NCBI GenBank assembly: GCA_951406725.2
Contig: OX597836.1
Location: 25,110,001-25,174,000 of the forward strand
Source of the DNA: Octopus vulgaris
Lineage: Eukaryota
DNA length: 64,000 bases
Direction: 5' to 3'
Part shown: in pieces, positions 12,221-25,379 of the stretch
How the letters are laid out: every line of letters starts with the position of its first letter
Position numbering within the stretch: the first letter of the stretch is position 1
The notes under the pieces: model-generated
The model's input: the letters and a program-made list of their open reading frames with translations, nothing else
The model's database searches: none
What the model was told of the DNA's origin: nothing
Made by a program: the position numbers and the translations under genes

Positions 12221-15200
12221 TCAAAAGAGATGAACGCATACATCTTCTATAGTATTGTCTTGTGTTCTGTTATATTTCCATCCACATCAAAGATGTATTA
12301 TCAGAATTGTCGTAATACTTGACTCCTACTTTTCTCTATGAAGCCCGGAGAGAATGGAAACTGTGTATGTGAACTAATTAGCTTCATCACTTGGCCCTTT
12401 CGCTGCAGTTCATGACCTCATCGACGACACGCGACTTCATCGACTCGGTTGTCGAGAAGACAAAGGCGCTTCATCAATAAGTTTGTAAACTACGGCGAAA
12501 AGACACTGGTGAAGTGATTGATCAATCAAATAATTGATTAGTTAAATTAAGAGGTAATAATAATAATAATAATAATAATCCTTTCTACTATAGGTACAAG
12601 ACCTGAAATTCAGGGGAGCGGGGTAGTCGATTACATCGACCCTAGTGCTCAAATGGTACTTAATACTTATTTCGTCGGCCCCCCGAAAGGTTGAAAGGCA
12701 AAGTCGACCTTGGCAGAATTTGAACTCAGAACGTAGCGACGGATGAAATACCGCTAAGCATTTTGCCCGGCGTGCTAGCGATTCTGTCAGCTCGCCGTCT
12801 TAATAATAATAATAATAAATATAATGATTTCAAATTTTTTGCACAAGGCTAGCAATTTCGGGAGAGAGGTAAATCGATTACGTTGACCCCCACCCCGTGC
12901 TGAAATGGTACTTATTTTATCGATTCTGAAAGGAAGAAGGGCAAAGTGCAAGCGTGGTTACGTGCCTAAGAAGCTTGGGTTCAGTCCCACTGTGTGACAC
13001 TTTAGGAAAGTGTCTTCTACTATAGCCTTGGGCAAGTCAAAGCCTTATTAGAAGATCTGGTAGATGGAAACTGAAAGAAGCCTGTTGTGTAAATATGTGT
13101 GTGCGAGAGGGAGAGAAAGAGAGAGGCTATGTATAATTTATGCAGGTTTGGTTTTTGACATAATACACACACACACCTGGCACCAAATAATAAAACTGTA
13201 GACTTAAAGAAAAATAATCCAAAATGGAAAAATTGGCACAATATTGTTTAGGGGGAAGTGAAGATTTGGTGATAACACATGCTAACTTGCAGCTATACAC
13301 ACACACACGCACGGCAAGCTTCTTTCAGTTTCCTCAGACCCCAGTTGAACCGTCCAACCCATGCTAGCATGGAAAACGGACGCTAAATGATGATGATGAT
13401 GATTTACTACCCACGAGAGGCTAAACACAGAGAGGACAAACAAGGACAGACAAACGGATTAAGTCGATTATATCGACCCCAGTGCGTAACTGGTACTTAA
13501 TTTATCGCCCCCGAAAGGATGAAAGGCAAAGTCGACCTCGGCGGAATTTGAACCCAGAACGTAATGGCAAATGAAATACGGCTACGCATTTTGCCCGGCG
13601 TGCTAACGTTTCTGCCAGCTCGCCGCCTTTCCGTTTCCATCCACCAAATCCACTCACAAGGTTTTGGTCAGTCTGAGGCTAAAGCAGAAGACACTTGCCC
13701 AAGATGCCACTTAGTGGGACTGAACCCAGAACCATGTGGTTGGGAAGAATGCATACACACACACACACAGAGCTACATATTGTCTTGTTTATTTGAAATT
13801 CATTGTAAAATTTTGGCCCCTTCTGAATCTTATGAAAGTAAAATGATGAGTGACTGAATATATTTAAAATAAATTCTTTCTCAGGATTTCGAAACACCTG
13901 GTACCTGTCAGCTTCATAACTCTGCCCTCTCCACTTCATAGGTTAGTTAAACTGTTGCTTTGAAATTAAGTTTAAATCAAGCATAGCTTCCTCTTGTCCT
14001 CCTTAACCCTGTCTCCTTGTGCATATTCCTCTCCAATCCTCACCTCCAAACATTTCTCAAGATTCTTCCTACACAGAACTGAAATCATTTTTAATCTGCC
14101 ACCCAGGTAACACGACGACAACGACCACCACCACCCCACATACGTTTAAACAACCATCAAAGACATTGATCTCAACTGTCTGGGAAGGCTTGCAACATTC
14201 GTGGAGGCCTTCCCCACCTCTGCTAAATATCTTTTATCAAAGAAATAGCGCATAATTTTAAGAAGAATGTGCCGTTAAATTGGCACCGTTTTTTGTTTCT
14301 AATAATTAATTATTTTTCCTGCATAATAATTGTTTAAACATTTTTAGTCCTCAGACATACTCCACCCTGGCGGTTGCTTGTTTATTAGTTTAATAACTGT
14401 GGCTGTGTGGTGGAGAAGCTTGTTCTGCAACTGTGCGCTTCTGTGTTCAGTCCCATTGCATGGCACCTTGGACAAATGTCTGCTATTACAGCCCTGGACT
14501 GACCAAACACTTGTTAGTGGGTTTGGGAGACAGAAACTATGTAAGCCTATGATGTGTGTGTGTGTGTCTTGACAACTGGTGTTGGTTTATTTACATCCCC
14601 CATAACTTAGCAGTTAAGCAAAGAAAGAGACTGATAGAGTAAGTACCAGACTGCAAAAATAAGGACTGGGGTGGGGTTTTACTCAACTAAGCTCTTCAAG
14701 GTAATGCTCCAGCATGGCCTCAGTCCAATGACTGAAACACGTGAAAGATAAAAGTAAATGATATGAAAGTGGTGAACTGGCAGAGTTGGTAGAGCATTAT
14801 TTGGTTTGACGCTCAACACTGAGTTCAAATCCTGCTATCGTCAACGTTGCCTTTTATTCTTTCAGGGGTCAATAAAAAGAAGGTAGCAGCTGAGGATGGT
14901 AGAATGGTAGAACTCTGAGAAGTTTGGGCAAGATGTCTTGTGCAATCTGTTCTGGTTGTTTTACATTCTGATCATAAGGTCTGTGATGATACTGGTGCCA
15001 TGCTGTAGCAATTCCAAGTTGGCAAACTTATCCTTTGTATGAACATCAATGGCTTAACCCTCTCGCATTCAAACTGGCCATATCCGGCCCAAGCATTCAA
15101 CATGTTTTATGTTGAACCTAGCCAGATCCGAACCTCTCACACCTACCCTACAAAGTTATTCTAAACATAATCACATCGTCAAAATCTCGAAATTACAAAG

Positions 15201-17011
15201 TAAAACATGATTAATTCAAATTGATGCGAATAAATAAGCATTACATTTGACAGAATAATCTGAATGCTAAAGGGTTCAATTGGCCAGATCCAGCCATAAT
15301 ATTTTACTTGCTTCGTGTTCAGACGGGCCAGATCCAACCTTTCACAGCTACCCTACAATGTCATTCGAAAAATAAACAATCACATCATTGGAATCTTGAA
15401 GCTGCAAGATAATACATGATTGATCTTAAAAGAATGTGAATAAGCATTACATTTGACAGAATAATTTGCATGTTCAAGGGTTAAAGAGTGGTGCCTATTT
15501 AGTAAAGATACATACGTTTATGGACATGACTCAATTTGAAAACAACAACAATCCTAATCTTCGCTAAAGGGCAGTAATTTTGAAGGGAGGGGTAAATGTC
15601 TATCACATCAACCACACTGCTTAATTTGTACTTATTTTATTGATCCCTAAAAGGATGGGAAGCAAAGTTGACCTCAGTGGTGTTTGAACTCAAAGAACTG
15701 CAAGAAATGTCACAGAGCATTTTGTCCATCAAGCCATTCATTCTGTCAGCTTGCTGTTTTAATAATAATAATAATAATTGTCTTGGTATAAAAGATGGGC
15801 TACAGCAAATATTCTGCTCAGTACCACAGATTTGCTTGTCAGTTGTTTGACCGTAACCAGTTGAGCATGTCCCTTAGTGGCTGATGATATGTGCATCTCT
15901 GATCACGAGCAGAAGTAGTGTGGGAGTATCATAGCCATGTGTTGAGAGGGATTCTTTGGGGTTTGAATAATTCACCTCTGGAAACATGGGTGTTTCGTTC
16001 AACATCCTTAAACAACCCTTACTCAGGGACCTTTTGAGCAGGATGGGTTACTCGACCAGAAGAAAATTCTAACTGGGTCCCACCTACAAGGTCATGTGCT
16101 GTTTATCATGTCGCGCACATATGGTTGTGATGCATGTGCCTGGTGTACCCTTATCAGATGGGTAGTCATGATGGGTATACTGGGCTTTGTATCATTTACC
16201 CCAGTGTCACTTTGATGGCATGCACTCTCACTCAATAATAATGATAATAATAATAATAACTCTTTCTACTGTAGGCACAAGGCCTGAAATTTTGATCGAG
16301 GGGACCATGTGCAACTGGTACTTAATTTATTGACCCTGAAAGGAAGAAAAGCAAAGTTGACCTTGGCAGAATCTGAAAGAATGATATTAATAATGGTTTC
16401 TAATTTTGGCACAAAACCAGCGAGTTTGAGCAGATGAGAAGTTGGTACCATTAACTCTGGTAGATGACATAAATGGTGTAGGTGACTTTTAAGTGTGCTC
16501 TGTCAGTCCTGTGCATCTTGTTAGTGTTTCATAGGTGAAAACATCAATAGATTATGTAAAGCCTTTTCAAGGCATTTGTCTGTGTATGGACCAAAGCTCT
16601 ACATTTCAGTAATTGCATGAAGGCTGCTTTTGTTCTTTGTTTGTCCAACTCTTAAAACCACTTAACATGTTTGTCCATAAAACCCACCCATATTGTTCTT
16701 GTTAAAACAGTTGGTACACTGAATAAGGCTTTTCCTTTTTAGCACTACTCTTTTATAATAATGATAGTAATAATTTATTATTATTATTATTATTATCATC
16801 AAGGTAGTGAACTGGCAGAATCATTAGCATGCTTTTATAAAATGCTTAGCAGCACTTCATCTAGCCATGCATTCTGAGTTCAAATTTCACCGAGGTTGAC
16901 TTTGCTGTTCATCTTTTTGGGGTTGATAATGTACCAGTGAAACATTGGGGTCAATGTAATCGACTAATCCCCTCGCCCCAAATTTCAGGCCTTGTGCCTA
17001 TAGTAGAGAGG

Positions 17012-17167
17012 ATTATTATTATTATTATTATTATTATTATCATTATTATTATTATCATTATTATTATTATTATTATCATTATTATTATTATTATTGTTAT
17101 CATTATTATTATTATTATTGTTATCATCATTATTATTATTATTATTGTTATCATTATTATTATTATT
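17012..17167. repeat. (ATT)n microsatellite
   Basis: Direct reading. Confidence 0.95.
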
Positions 17168-19746
17168 TGCTGGATAAGAAAAAGACTTTCAGCTTGAAAA
17201 ATGAAACCAGTTCATAGAGTTGATTCTCAGAGTTCTTGCTAGTAATAATCATAATCATAATGATGATGATGATGATGTTTCTTGTTTTTCTTTTGTTTTG
17301 ATTTTCCCAAGAATGTCCTAGAATGCGTTGTGAGTCAGGGAAGTAGGAAGTTTCCCTCTCCCAAGGGCATTAAGCATATATTATGTGAACCATTCCATCT
17401 GAAAAATTAGAACAGGGTCACAAGAATTCCATTTATCAAGAATTTACTAACCCCTCCCCCCTCTCCACCCCCAATTCCATCACCTTTGTTCAGTAACAAG
17501 ATTTGTTGTTGTTGTTTATTTATTTATTTATTTATTTTTTAAAAACTTTGTGAGAATTAGAACAAATTTTTGTTTAGCCCCAGGTCAGACCTTCGATCAA
17601 AGACATTCCAGGCATGACCATCTTCGTCAATTCCCACCCTTATTAATGATAATAGAAACGACAAGCTGTTTTGTATAAACACGACTATCATCTACTTTGT
17701 CGTTTAGCCCTGGGTCAGTCCTGATTGAGCAAATCTATGCTCAAAGGTATTCCATCCCTGACAATCCTGCCTCTGTTTTCTTTTTTAATCAAACATGTAT
17801 TTCGGACTACAATAACCATTGTGTCCTTTATTATTTGTGAGAATATGGTCTGATTTTGAAGCAGATTTAGCTGTTATTTCTAACAGGTTGCCTTACTGTA
17901 TTGTGGTTCCCTTGTTAGCTCCTGTCTGTTTGGCTGAGTCTACCTGAGTCATACTAAAATTTGGTCAAATAGCAAGAATTTGATACTGTTAGGAGACTTT
18001 ATTCTGGCAACATCTATTGGAGTGGCCTCCCTTTGTTTTCTTCTTGCACTTTGATGAAGCACCCATTAATTATGCAGTGCTACCACTACATACACCAGTA
18101 GAAATTCTTTGATTATTGGTTTGCTTGATCAGTATTGATCTAGGGTTAAGCAATAACAATCTGTTACTAATTAATTAACGAATTAACTGATAAGGCTGTC
18201 ACATGACTTTAGGTATTATTGATTTCTGACATAGTCACAATTTTGGGGGTGGAGTGGGGTGTGTAATTGATTGTATTGATTCCAGTATTTGATTGGTTCA
18301 TCAGCCCTGGGTGGATGAAAATCAACCTCAGCAGGATTTGAACTCGGGATATAAAGCACCCTACTGATTTTACTAACCTACTGCTCTCTTTGTTATACTT
18401 CCTCAAATTGACGTTCTCTCCTAATCACTCATCAAGAGATTATCCACTTTAACAGGATTTGTCTGCAAGGGCCTAAGTTTAATTAGTTTGAACAATTAGT
18501 TATCTCTTTTAGTGTGTGTTATTTGGGGACATATCTGACCCTTATTCTCTGCTTCTTGACAGTGTCAATATTCCAGTTCCCTAAATCATCGAATACCAGA
18601 AGTGAAATGGTGTCTTTTCATTTTGCTGCTTTTCATTTTACCCACAAGACAGACTCAGTTGTATCTTGGGAAGGTCATTATGCCAATTATAAACACACAC
18701 ACACACTGGTTCTATTTCACTTCTTTATTTTCATTAGTCATTTTAACATTTAAGCAATTAACTAATTATTCGACCTTAAGCAGATCTAGAGTAGAGAGGG
18801 AATGACATTGGTAAGGTTGTAAACGGTGATAAAATATCTTTGTTAAACATAGCTGATTAATTGATTGACCAAATAATTAAACAAACAATCAATGAATTAA
18901 ATGTTAATGAATTGACTAGTAATAATAGTTGTTCTTTCTACTATAGACATGAAATTTGAGGGAAGGGGGATAGATGATTACACTGACCCTTAGTGCTCAG
19001 TTGATAATTTGGTTATGGACCCTGGAAGAATGAAAGTCGACCTCAGCAGAATTTGAACTTAAAATGTAAAGCTGGAAGAAATGCCACTATGTATTTTGTG
19101 CTGTGTACTAATGATTCTGCCATGTTGCCACCTTAAAATTCACCAATAATAATGAAGTAAAATAGAATCTGTGTGTGTGTATGTCTTTATTTTTAGCATA
19201 ATGACCCTCCCAAGATAGAGCAAAAACTGATTCAACTCTTGAGTTCACATCAAGAATTTTGTAAACCAAATACAAAAGATTAATATAGGATGTAGCTAAA
19301 CTAGAGTTTGAACTCCTGACTGTCTGGTATGTTGGTTCAGCACCTTAACCATCCAGCCATGCCTCTTCCCCGTTAACCAATTGAAATGATCTAATTAAGT
19401 ATTTTTTACTGAATACGAATTTTGTCAAAGTGGATTGCACTCCAAGTTAATTAATTCTAGGAATGGGAGTAACAGCTGCAACAACAATAATTAATGCACA
19501 TTCATAATTAAATTACTGTAAGTTAATTACATTAATGAATGTATCATCGTCATTATTATTTAACATCCATTTTCCATGCTGGCATGGGTTGGACATTTCG
19601 ACTGGAACTGGCAAAACAAGAGAGCTGCAAACGTCTGTTTTGCTATGATTTCTACGGTTGGCTGCTCTTTCTAATGCCAACCACTTTACAGAGTGGACTG
19701 GGAGCCTTTTATGTGGTGCTAGCAAGGAACACACCTTAATATATAT

Positions 19747-20265
19747 ATCATTATCATCATCGTTTAACATCCGTTTTCCGTGGATGGTTCGACTGGGGTC
19801 TGGGAAGCCAGGAGGCTGCACCAGGCTCCAGTCTGATCTGGTAGAGTTTCTACAGCTGGATGCCTTTCCTAACGCCAACCACTCTGTGAGTGTAGTGGGT
19901 GCTTTTTACGTGCCACCGGCACAGAAGCCAGTCAAGGTGGCGCTGGCATCGGCCACGTTCGGATGGTGCTTTTTACGTGCCACCGACACAGGTGCCAGTC
20001 AAGGTGGCGCTGGCATCGGCCACGTTCAGATGGTGCTTTTTACGTGCCACCGGCACAAGCCAGGCGAGGCGGCGCTGGCATCAGCCGCGTTCAGATAGTG
20101 CTTTTTACGTGCCACCGGTACAGGTATCACAACCACTATTTCCATTGATATTTATTTCGATGTTCATGTTCATGTACTTGACTCAATAGGTCTCCTCAAG
20201 CACAGCGGGTTGTTCTGAAATCCAAGGTACTTTGAATGGGCTGGGGCTATGCGGAACTGGTGCAG

Positions 20266-20267
<2 letters not shown>
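19747..20267 (-). mobile_element. SINE/retroposon family D with (GAT)n tail and an internal tandem unit of about 59 bp (copies at 5262-5630 and 55036-55322; fragments elsewhere)
   Basis: Shared catcatcgtttaac.tccgttttcc...ggatgcccttcctaacgccaaccac body, with gtgctttttacgtgccacc.gcac repeated four times here. Confidence 0.75.
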
Positions 20268-20313
<46 letters not shown>

Positions 20314-21285
20314 GACGGGCTTCTTTCAGTTTCCGTCTACCAAATCCACTCACAAGGCTTTGCTCAGCCCGAGGATATAGTAGAAGACACTTGTCCAAGG
20401 TGCCAAGCAGTGGGACTGAACCCAGAACCATGTGGCTGGTAAGTAAGCTACTTACCACACAGCCACTCCTATGCCTGTGGTCTTTTATTTGTAACATTTT
20501 CAGTAAATTAGAATCTTCATATTGTTTTGTTTTATCTTACCTTTACCCAAAGTTCACCCTTACAGAATTAATCATAGGGGTCATGGTAATATCCTGGAGA
20601 GTCTCAGTGGGTAGGGTGATGAAAAAGGTTGAGAACCATTGTCCTAGATACATCTGATTAGAGAAATATACAAGATGCCCGCTAGTGGCTCCTCTTTGAT
20701 TAAAAGCTACCAGCTGTAGCCATCTTGTCTTTTTTTAGTAATTGTATCTCGATCTGTGTTATACCATCTCCATTTTATATTAACATTTTAAGGATGATGA
20801 TAATAGAATTTAGGGGTCCCTGAATGAAAGATGTCTTGCAAACAACTTGCGCATGCAAGTACTACCAGTCAAAAAAAAAACTGCATACCGGAAGCCAGCA
20901 AGTGTATGGGGTCATCAGGAGAGAATGCGCGCCGTTTCGGGGCCTGCCTCTCGACGGCATCAATGTGCACCGCCCCCCCCCCTCACTGTTATGAGGCCCC
21001 GCTTGCTAGATCAGCTGGTTATCATTATAAAGCTCAATATCCTTCTAGCCATCGCTCATTTTTGGATGTTTTGTACTTTTTGCTGGCCTCTGCTATTCTG
21101 CTGGACATTAAACCAGGTTGTGCGTTATATTCTGGATGAAGACCATTTCACTGAATTGGTTGATGTCAGTAGCAGAGTCATATGACAATTGAGGACCTAC
21201 CATAATTAACAGGCACAGCGGGGGAAGAGCGCCAGAGATTTCTGATGCTGCCTTTGTGAAATTCATCTTAGTTGTGGCTTCTTAA

Positions 21286-21505
21286 CCCTTTAGTATTCAG
21301 GTTTTTCTGTCAAAAATAATACTTATTGATTCATATTGTTTTCAATTAAACAAGCATTATTTTGTCGTTTCAAAATTTTGATGATGTGATTGTTTATTTT
21401 TAGAATGGTGTTATTGGATAGGTGTGAGAGACCAGATCTGGTCAGTTTGGATATAAAATATCTAGAATTATTTGGCCAGTTCTGGCCGGTTTGAATGCTA
21501 AAGGG
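21286..21505. mobile_element. piggyBac-type MITE, second family (related copies near 15058-15480, 27930-28555, 60913-61197)
   Basis: TTAA-CCCTTTAGTATTCA ... TGAATGCTAAAGGG-TTAA. The internal motif gtaggtgtgagagg...ggccagttt is shared with the other copies. Confidence 0.75.
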
Positions 21506-22256
21506 TTAAAGAAGAAATTTTATCTGTGGTGTTTTTTGGTTAAAAAAGCAGTAAGTTATCAAATAATGGTTTCCAAGAAGAAGTAAGCATCAATTTGGCT
21601 ACTTTCTTTCTTTTTCTTTCTTTCTTTCTTTATTCAGGTCTCCCTTTTCTTTTCCTCTTACTCCTCACTTGTTTCCTTACCCCTTTTTTAATCCCATTTT
21701 CTTTCCCTTTTCTCTTTTTCTAGTTTGTGATTGTTTTTACAGTCTAAGAATGTGGTCAGTTTTTTAAACATTTATTACAATATAGCACAACGGTGTGTGT
21801 GTGTTGATGTATTTCTGAAGAAGCAAATAACACGTAAGGGTCAGTGATTGGCAAAAAAAAATTTTTTTTTAAATTAGCTGCTTCTGAAATATGTGGTTTT
21901 GGTTTCAATCCCATTGCTTGGCACCTTGGGCAAACCTTGCGCTGACCAAAGCCATGTGAGTGGATTTGGTAGACAGAAACTGAAAGGAGCCTGTTGTGTG
22001 TGTGTGATGTTTGTCCCCCACGATTACTTGACAACTGATGTTGGTTTGTTTATGTCCCCTGTAACTTAGCAGTCAGGCAAAGGAGACCAATAGAACAAGT
22101 ACCAAACTTAAAAATAAAAATAAGATTCAGGGTCAGTTTGTTCATCTAAATCCTTTGAAAGCAGTGCTCCAGCGTGGCCACAGTCCAACGGCTGAAAGCG
22201 GTAAAAGATGAAGGAAAAGATAAAGATTAAAGATCCCTAAATTAATGATTCCTTAA

Positions 22257-22476
22257 CCCTTTCGTTACCAACCCGGCTGAAACCGGCTCTAGTTCTGAGT
22301 ACAAATGTTTTGTTTTCATAAGTTTTGAATTAAAATCTTCCACCAAACCTTAGTCACAATTTATGTTCCTAACACTAGCTGAATGATAACTAAGTTATTT
22401 TACTAAATTCTTTGTTATATTTAAAGCAACTGAGAGAAACACAGAGCATCTCAAAATAAATACGGTAACGAAAGGG
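22257..22476. mobile_element. piggyBac-type MITE
   Basis: Perfect 13-bp TIR CCCTTTCGTTACC / GGTAACGAAAGGG flanked on both sides by TTAA. Confidence 0.85.
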
Positions 22477-23689
22477 TTAATAAAAAGACCCTAATAAAAA
22501 AAATGAGGGAGGAAAGCAGAAAGGATCAGTCACAGAATAGGGTCTCATTCTCCTGTCAAGTTCCTGACCATTCTCTGGACATTTGGTCAGTCCACCTTTG
22601 CATCATGTAGTTTCTCTAGCTGACCAGCTTAGAAGCCGGTCAGCTGTTGTTTTATCTCCCTCTCTGACCAAATCATTTTTGCTGACCACACAATTATGAA
22701 GTTGTGTCTTCTGCTGACCCAGATGTCTGTCTGTGTGTCTGTCTGTATTGGTGTCTCTTTGAGGTTTGTGTGTGGGCGTTCTCTTGCCTGCAACTCTACA
22801 GACTCCAGGAACCACCTAATCCTTCGTCAGTGAATCCAGTTACAACATATTTCAATTCCACTTCATTTATTTATTTCCAGAAATAGAAACTTCTAGTATG
22901 TCTGTGTGCCTGCGTGCCTGCCTGCCTGCCTGCTCTCCCCCCATCCTCCACCCCCACCACTACTTCATCAATCTCTCTTCATCCTTCTCTTCTGATACAC
23001 ATTTCAGGTCAAGGTTTCTGAAGAATTACATTTCAGCTGCTCTCTCTCTCTCCTTACACATGCACATGCACACACACACACACACACGCACGCACACACA
23101 CACAACATGTATGTCTGGTGAGTGTGTGTATGTATATATGTGTGTGTGTGTGTATATATATGTCCCTTTTTATTTTTCTCCCCCCCAGACCTCTCCTGCT
23201 CTCTCTTTCAATCTCTCTCTCTCTCTCTCTCCATCTGTCTCTCTCTTTCCATTTCTCCTCTCATTCTATCTCTCTCTCTCCATCCCCCCCCCCCATCAAT
23301 AAACTCTGTCATAACTAACTCACCACACCTACCTAATGTCATGTACACACAATCATTAGCTACAATTGCCCTCCCCCCCAACCAACGATCTCAACCATCC
23401 TGCTGACTACCACCACCACCACCATTCCACCACCACCATTTAAGTACTAATTGGTGTTTTTCTCTTTACTGCAGTTGCAACTGCACCCAACTGCATTCTT
23501 TTGTTGGTTGTTGTTGTCATTAACGAAATTGAAATTCTTCAGTGGTGGCCCTTATTGAAGCCTCTCTTTGGTTACGCACCACCTTCATGTGTCCCATTGA
23601 ACTGGATTCTCGGATTGGACCGAAGTTTCTTGCCAGCATCTTGGCAAGTTACCCTCTCCTCTGCCACCTATCCCACCACCACTCTCATC

Positions 23690-24335
23690 ACTACAACTAC
23701 AATCACCACCAGTGCCACCACCATCATTGCAACTATTATCACCACCACCATCACCATGACCACCCTCACTACCACCGTCACCATGACCACCCTCACTACA
23801 TCATTGCAACTATTATCACCACCATCACCATGACCACCCTCACTACATCATTGCAACTATTATCACCACCATCACCATGACCACCCTCACTACCACCATC
23901 ATCACCACCCTCACTACATCATTGCAACTATGATCACCACCACCTTCACTACATCATTGCAACTATTATCATCATCACCACCATCACTACCACCATCATC
24001 ACCACCTTCACTACATCATTGCAACTATTATCACCACCACCACCATCACCATGACCACCATCACTACCACCATCATCACCACCTTCACTACATCATTGCA
24101 ACTATTATCACCACCACCACCATCACCATGACCACCATCACTACCACCATCATCACCACCTTCACTACATCATTGCAACTATTATCATCATCACCACCAT
24201 CACCGTGACCACCCTCACTACCACCATCATCACCACCTTCACTACATCATTGCAACTATTATCACCACCACCACCACCACCGCCATTACTGCTACCATCA
24301 TCAACACTACCCTTCACCACCACCACTACTCATCA
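23690..24335. repeat. Imperfect minisatellite built on (CAC/CAT)n with a recurring CATCATTGCAACTATTATCA unit
   Basis: The anchor motif recurs about nine times with variable spacers. Confidence 0.9.
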
Positions 24336-25026
24336 CCAATACCTCCCCCACCCCCTTACTAGTTTACTTATTGCTTCCATTTCATTACCCCCAGACATTT
24401 CACACCTCACTTGGAATGTATTTCTTAATATTTCAACATTTAAGTTCAATATTGCTTTTTGTTTATTTTTTATTTTTATTTTATTTTTTTTTTATTTTAA
24501 CCCTTCCACTTGTGTCGTGTGTGCCATTTATTGAGACAAATTAACAGAAACAGTTTACCAGGAATTAGAATACACAACTTCTACATTGAACAGTGTACTC
24601 CGAGATAGACCATATGGAGACAAGATGAAATATGTTCTAGTTATAATGCTTTTTTCGGAAACTGAAAGAAGCCCATCGTATATCTATATATATATAATAA
24701 TAATATTAGGGAGTATAACTCCAAACTTACAGGGAAAAATTCAATGTACTATTAAATCAAATTTCACAGTATAAATATATAAAATATAAATTAGAGATAA
24801 AAACCACTATTATGCAACTCAGTGATAGACATAAACCAAAACATAAATAACAAATAATATATATTTTTATAAAACATAACTTATAACTAGATCTCAAAAA
24901 GTATGAAAATGAGATCTAGTTATAAGTTATATGTTTCATAAAAATATATATTATTTGTTATTTATGTTTTGGTTTATGTCTATCACTGTTTGAGTTGCAT
25001 AATAGTGGTTTTATCTCTAATTTATA

Positions 25027-25379
25027 TCTTTATATATAAAAGTAAGGTTGTGTGTCTGTCTCCTACGATTTAGATTCCTAACTACTCGTGATTCATATCG
25101 AGCCCTTCTGGGTATTAGTGCGCGTCTACGATGAGTCTACGATTTAAAAAAAAATTCACCATCATTTTTTTCCATTTTAATGCATTTTTTCGCTATTAAA
25201 TAAGGGAAGTAACTCTCTAAAAATGTCTACGATGAGTCAACGATTTAAAAAAAAATTTACCATAATTTTTTTTCCCATTTTTAATGCATTTTTTTGCTAT
25301 TTTTTGGCTATAACTCTCTAAAAATGCTTATATAGTTATTTCCCTTACAAACCCGAGCAACGCCGGGCGATACTGCTAG
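25027..25379 (+). mobile_element. Non-autonomous Helitron
   Basis: Begins A|TCTTTATATATAAAAG and ends with a GC-rich hairpin (CCCGAGCAACGCCGGG) followed by CTAG|T. No TSD. Internal duplicated unit (tctacgatgagtc..cgatttaaaaaaaaa). Confidence 0.8.

Noticed and set aside
15878-15925. CTGATGA motif as a hammerhead
   Set aside because: Followed by GAAG rather than GAAA, with no consistent stems; lies in a dispersed repeat.
23690-24335. Regularly recurring 20-bp motif resembling a CRISPR array or a mucin/His-rich gene
   Set aside because: Spacers are themselves CAC/CAT repeats and near-identical, the context is eukaryotic intron, and there are no cas genes. It is a minisatellite.
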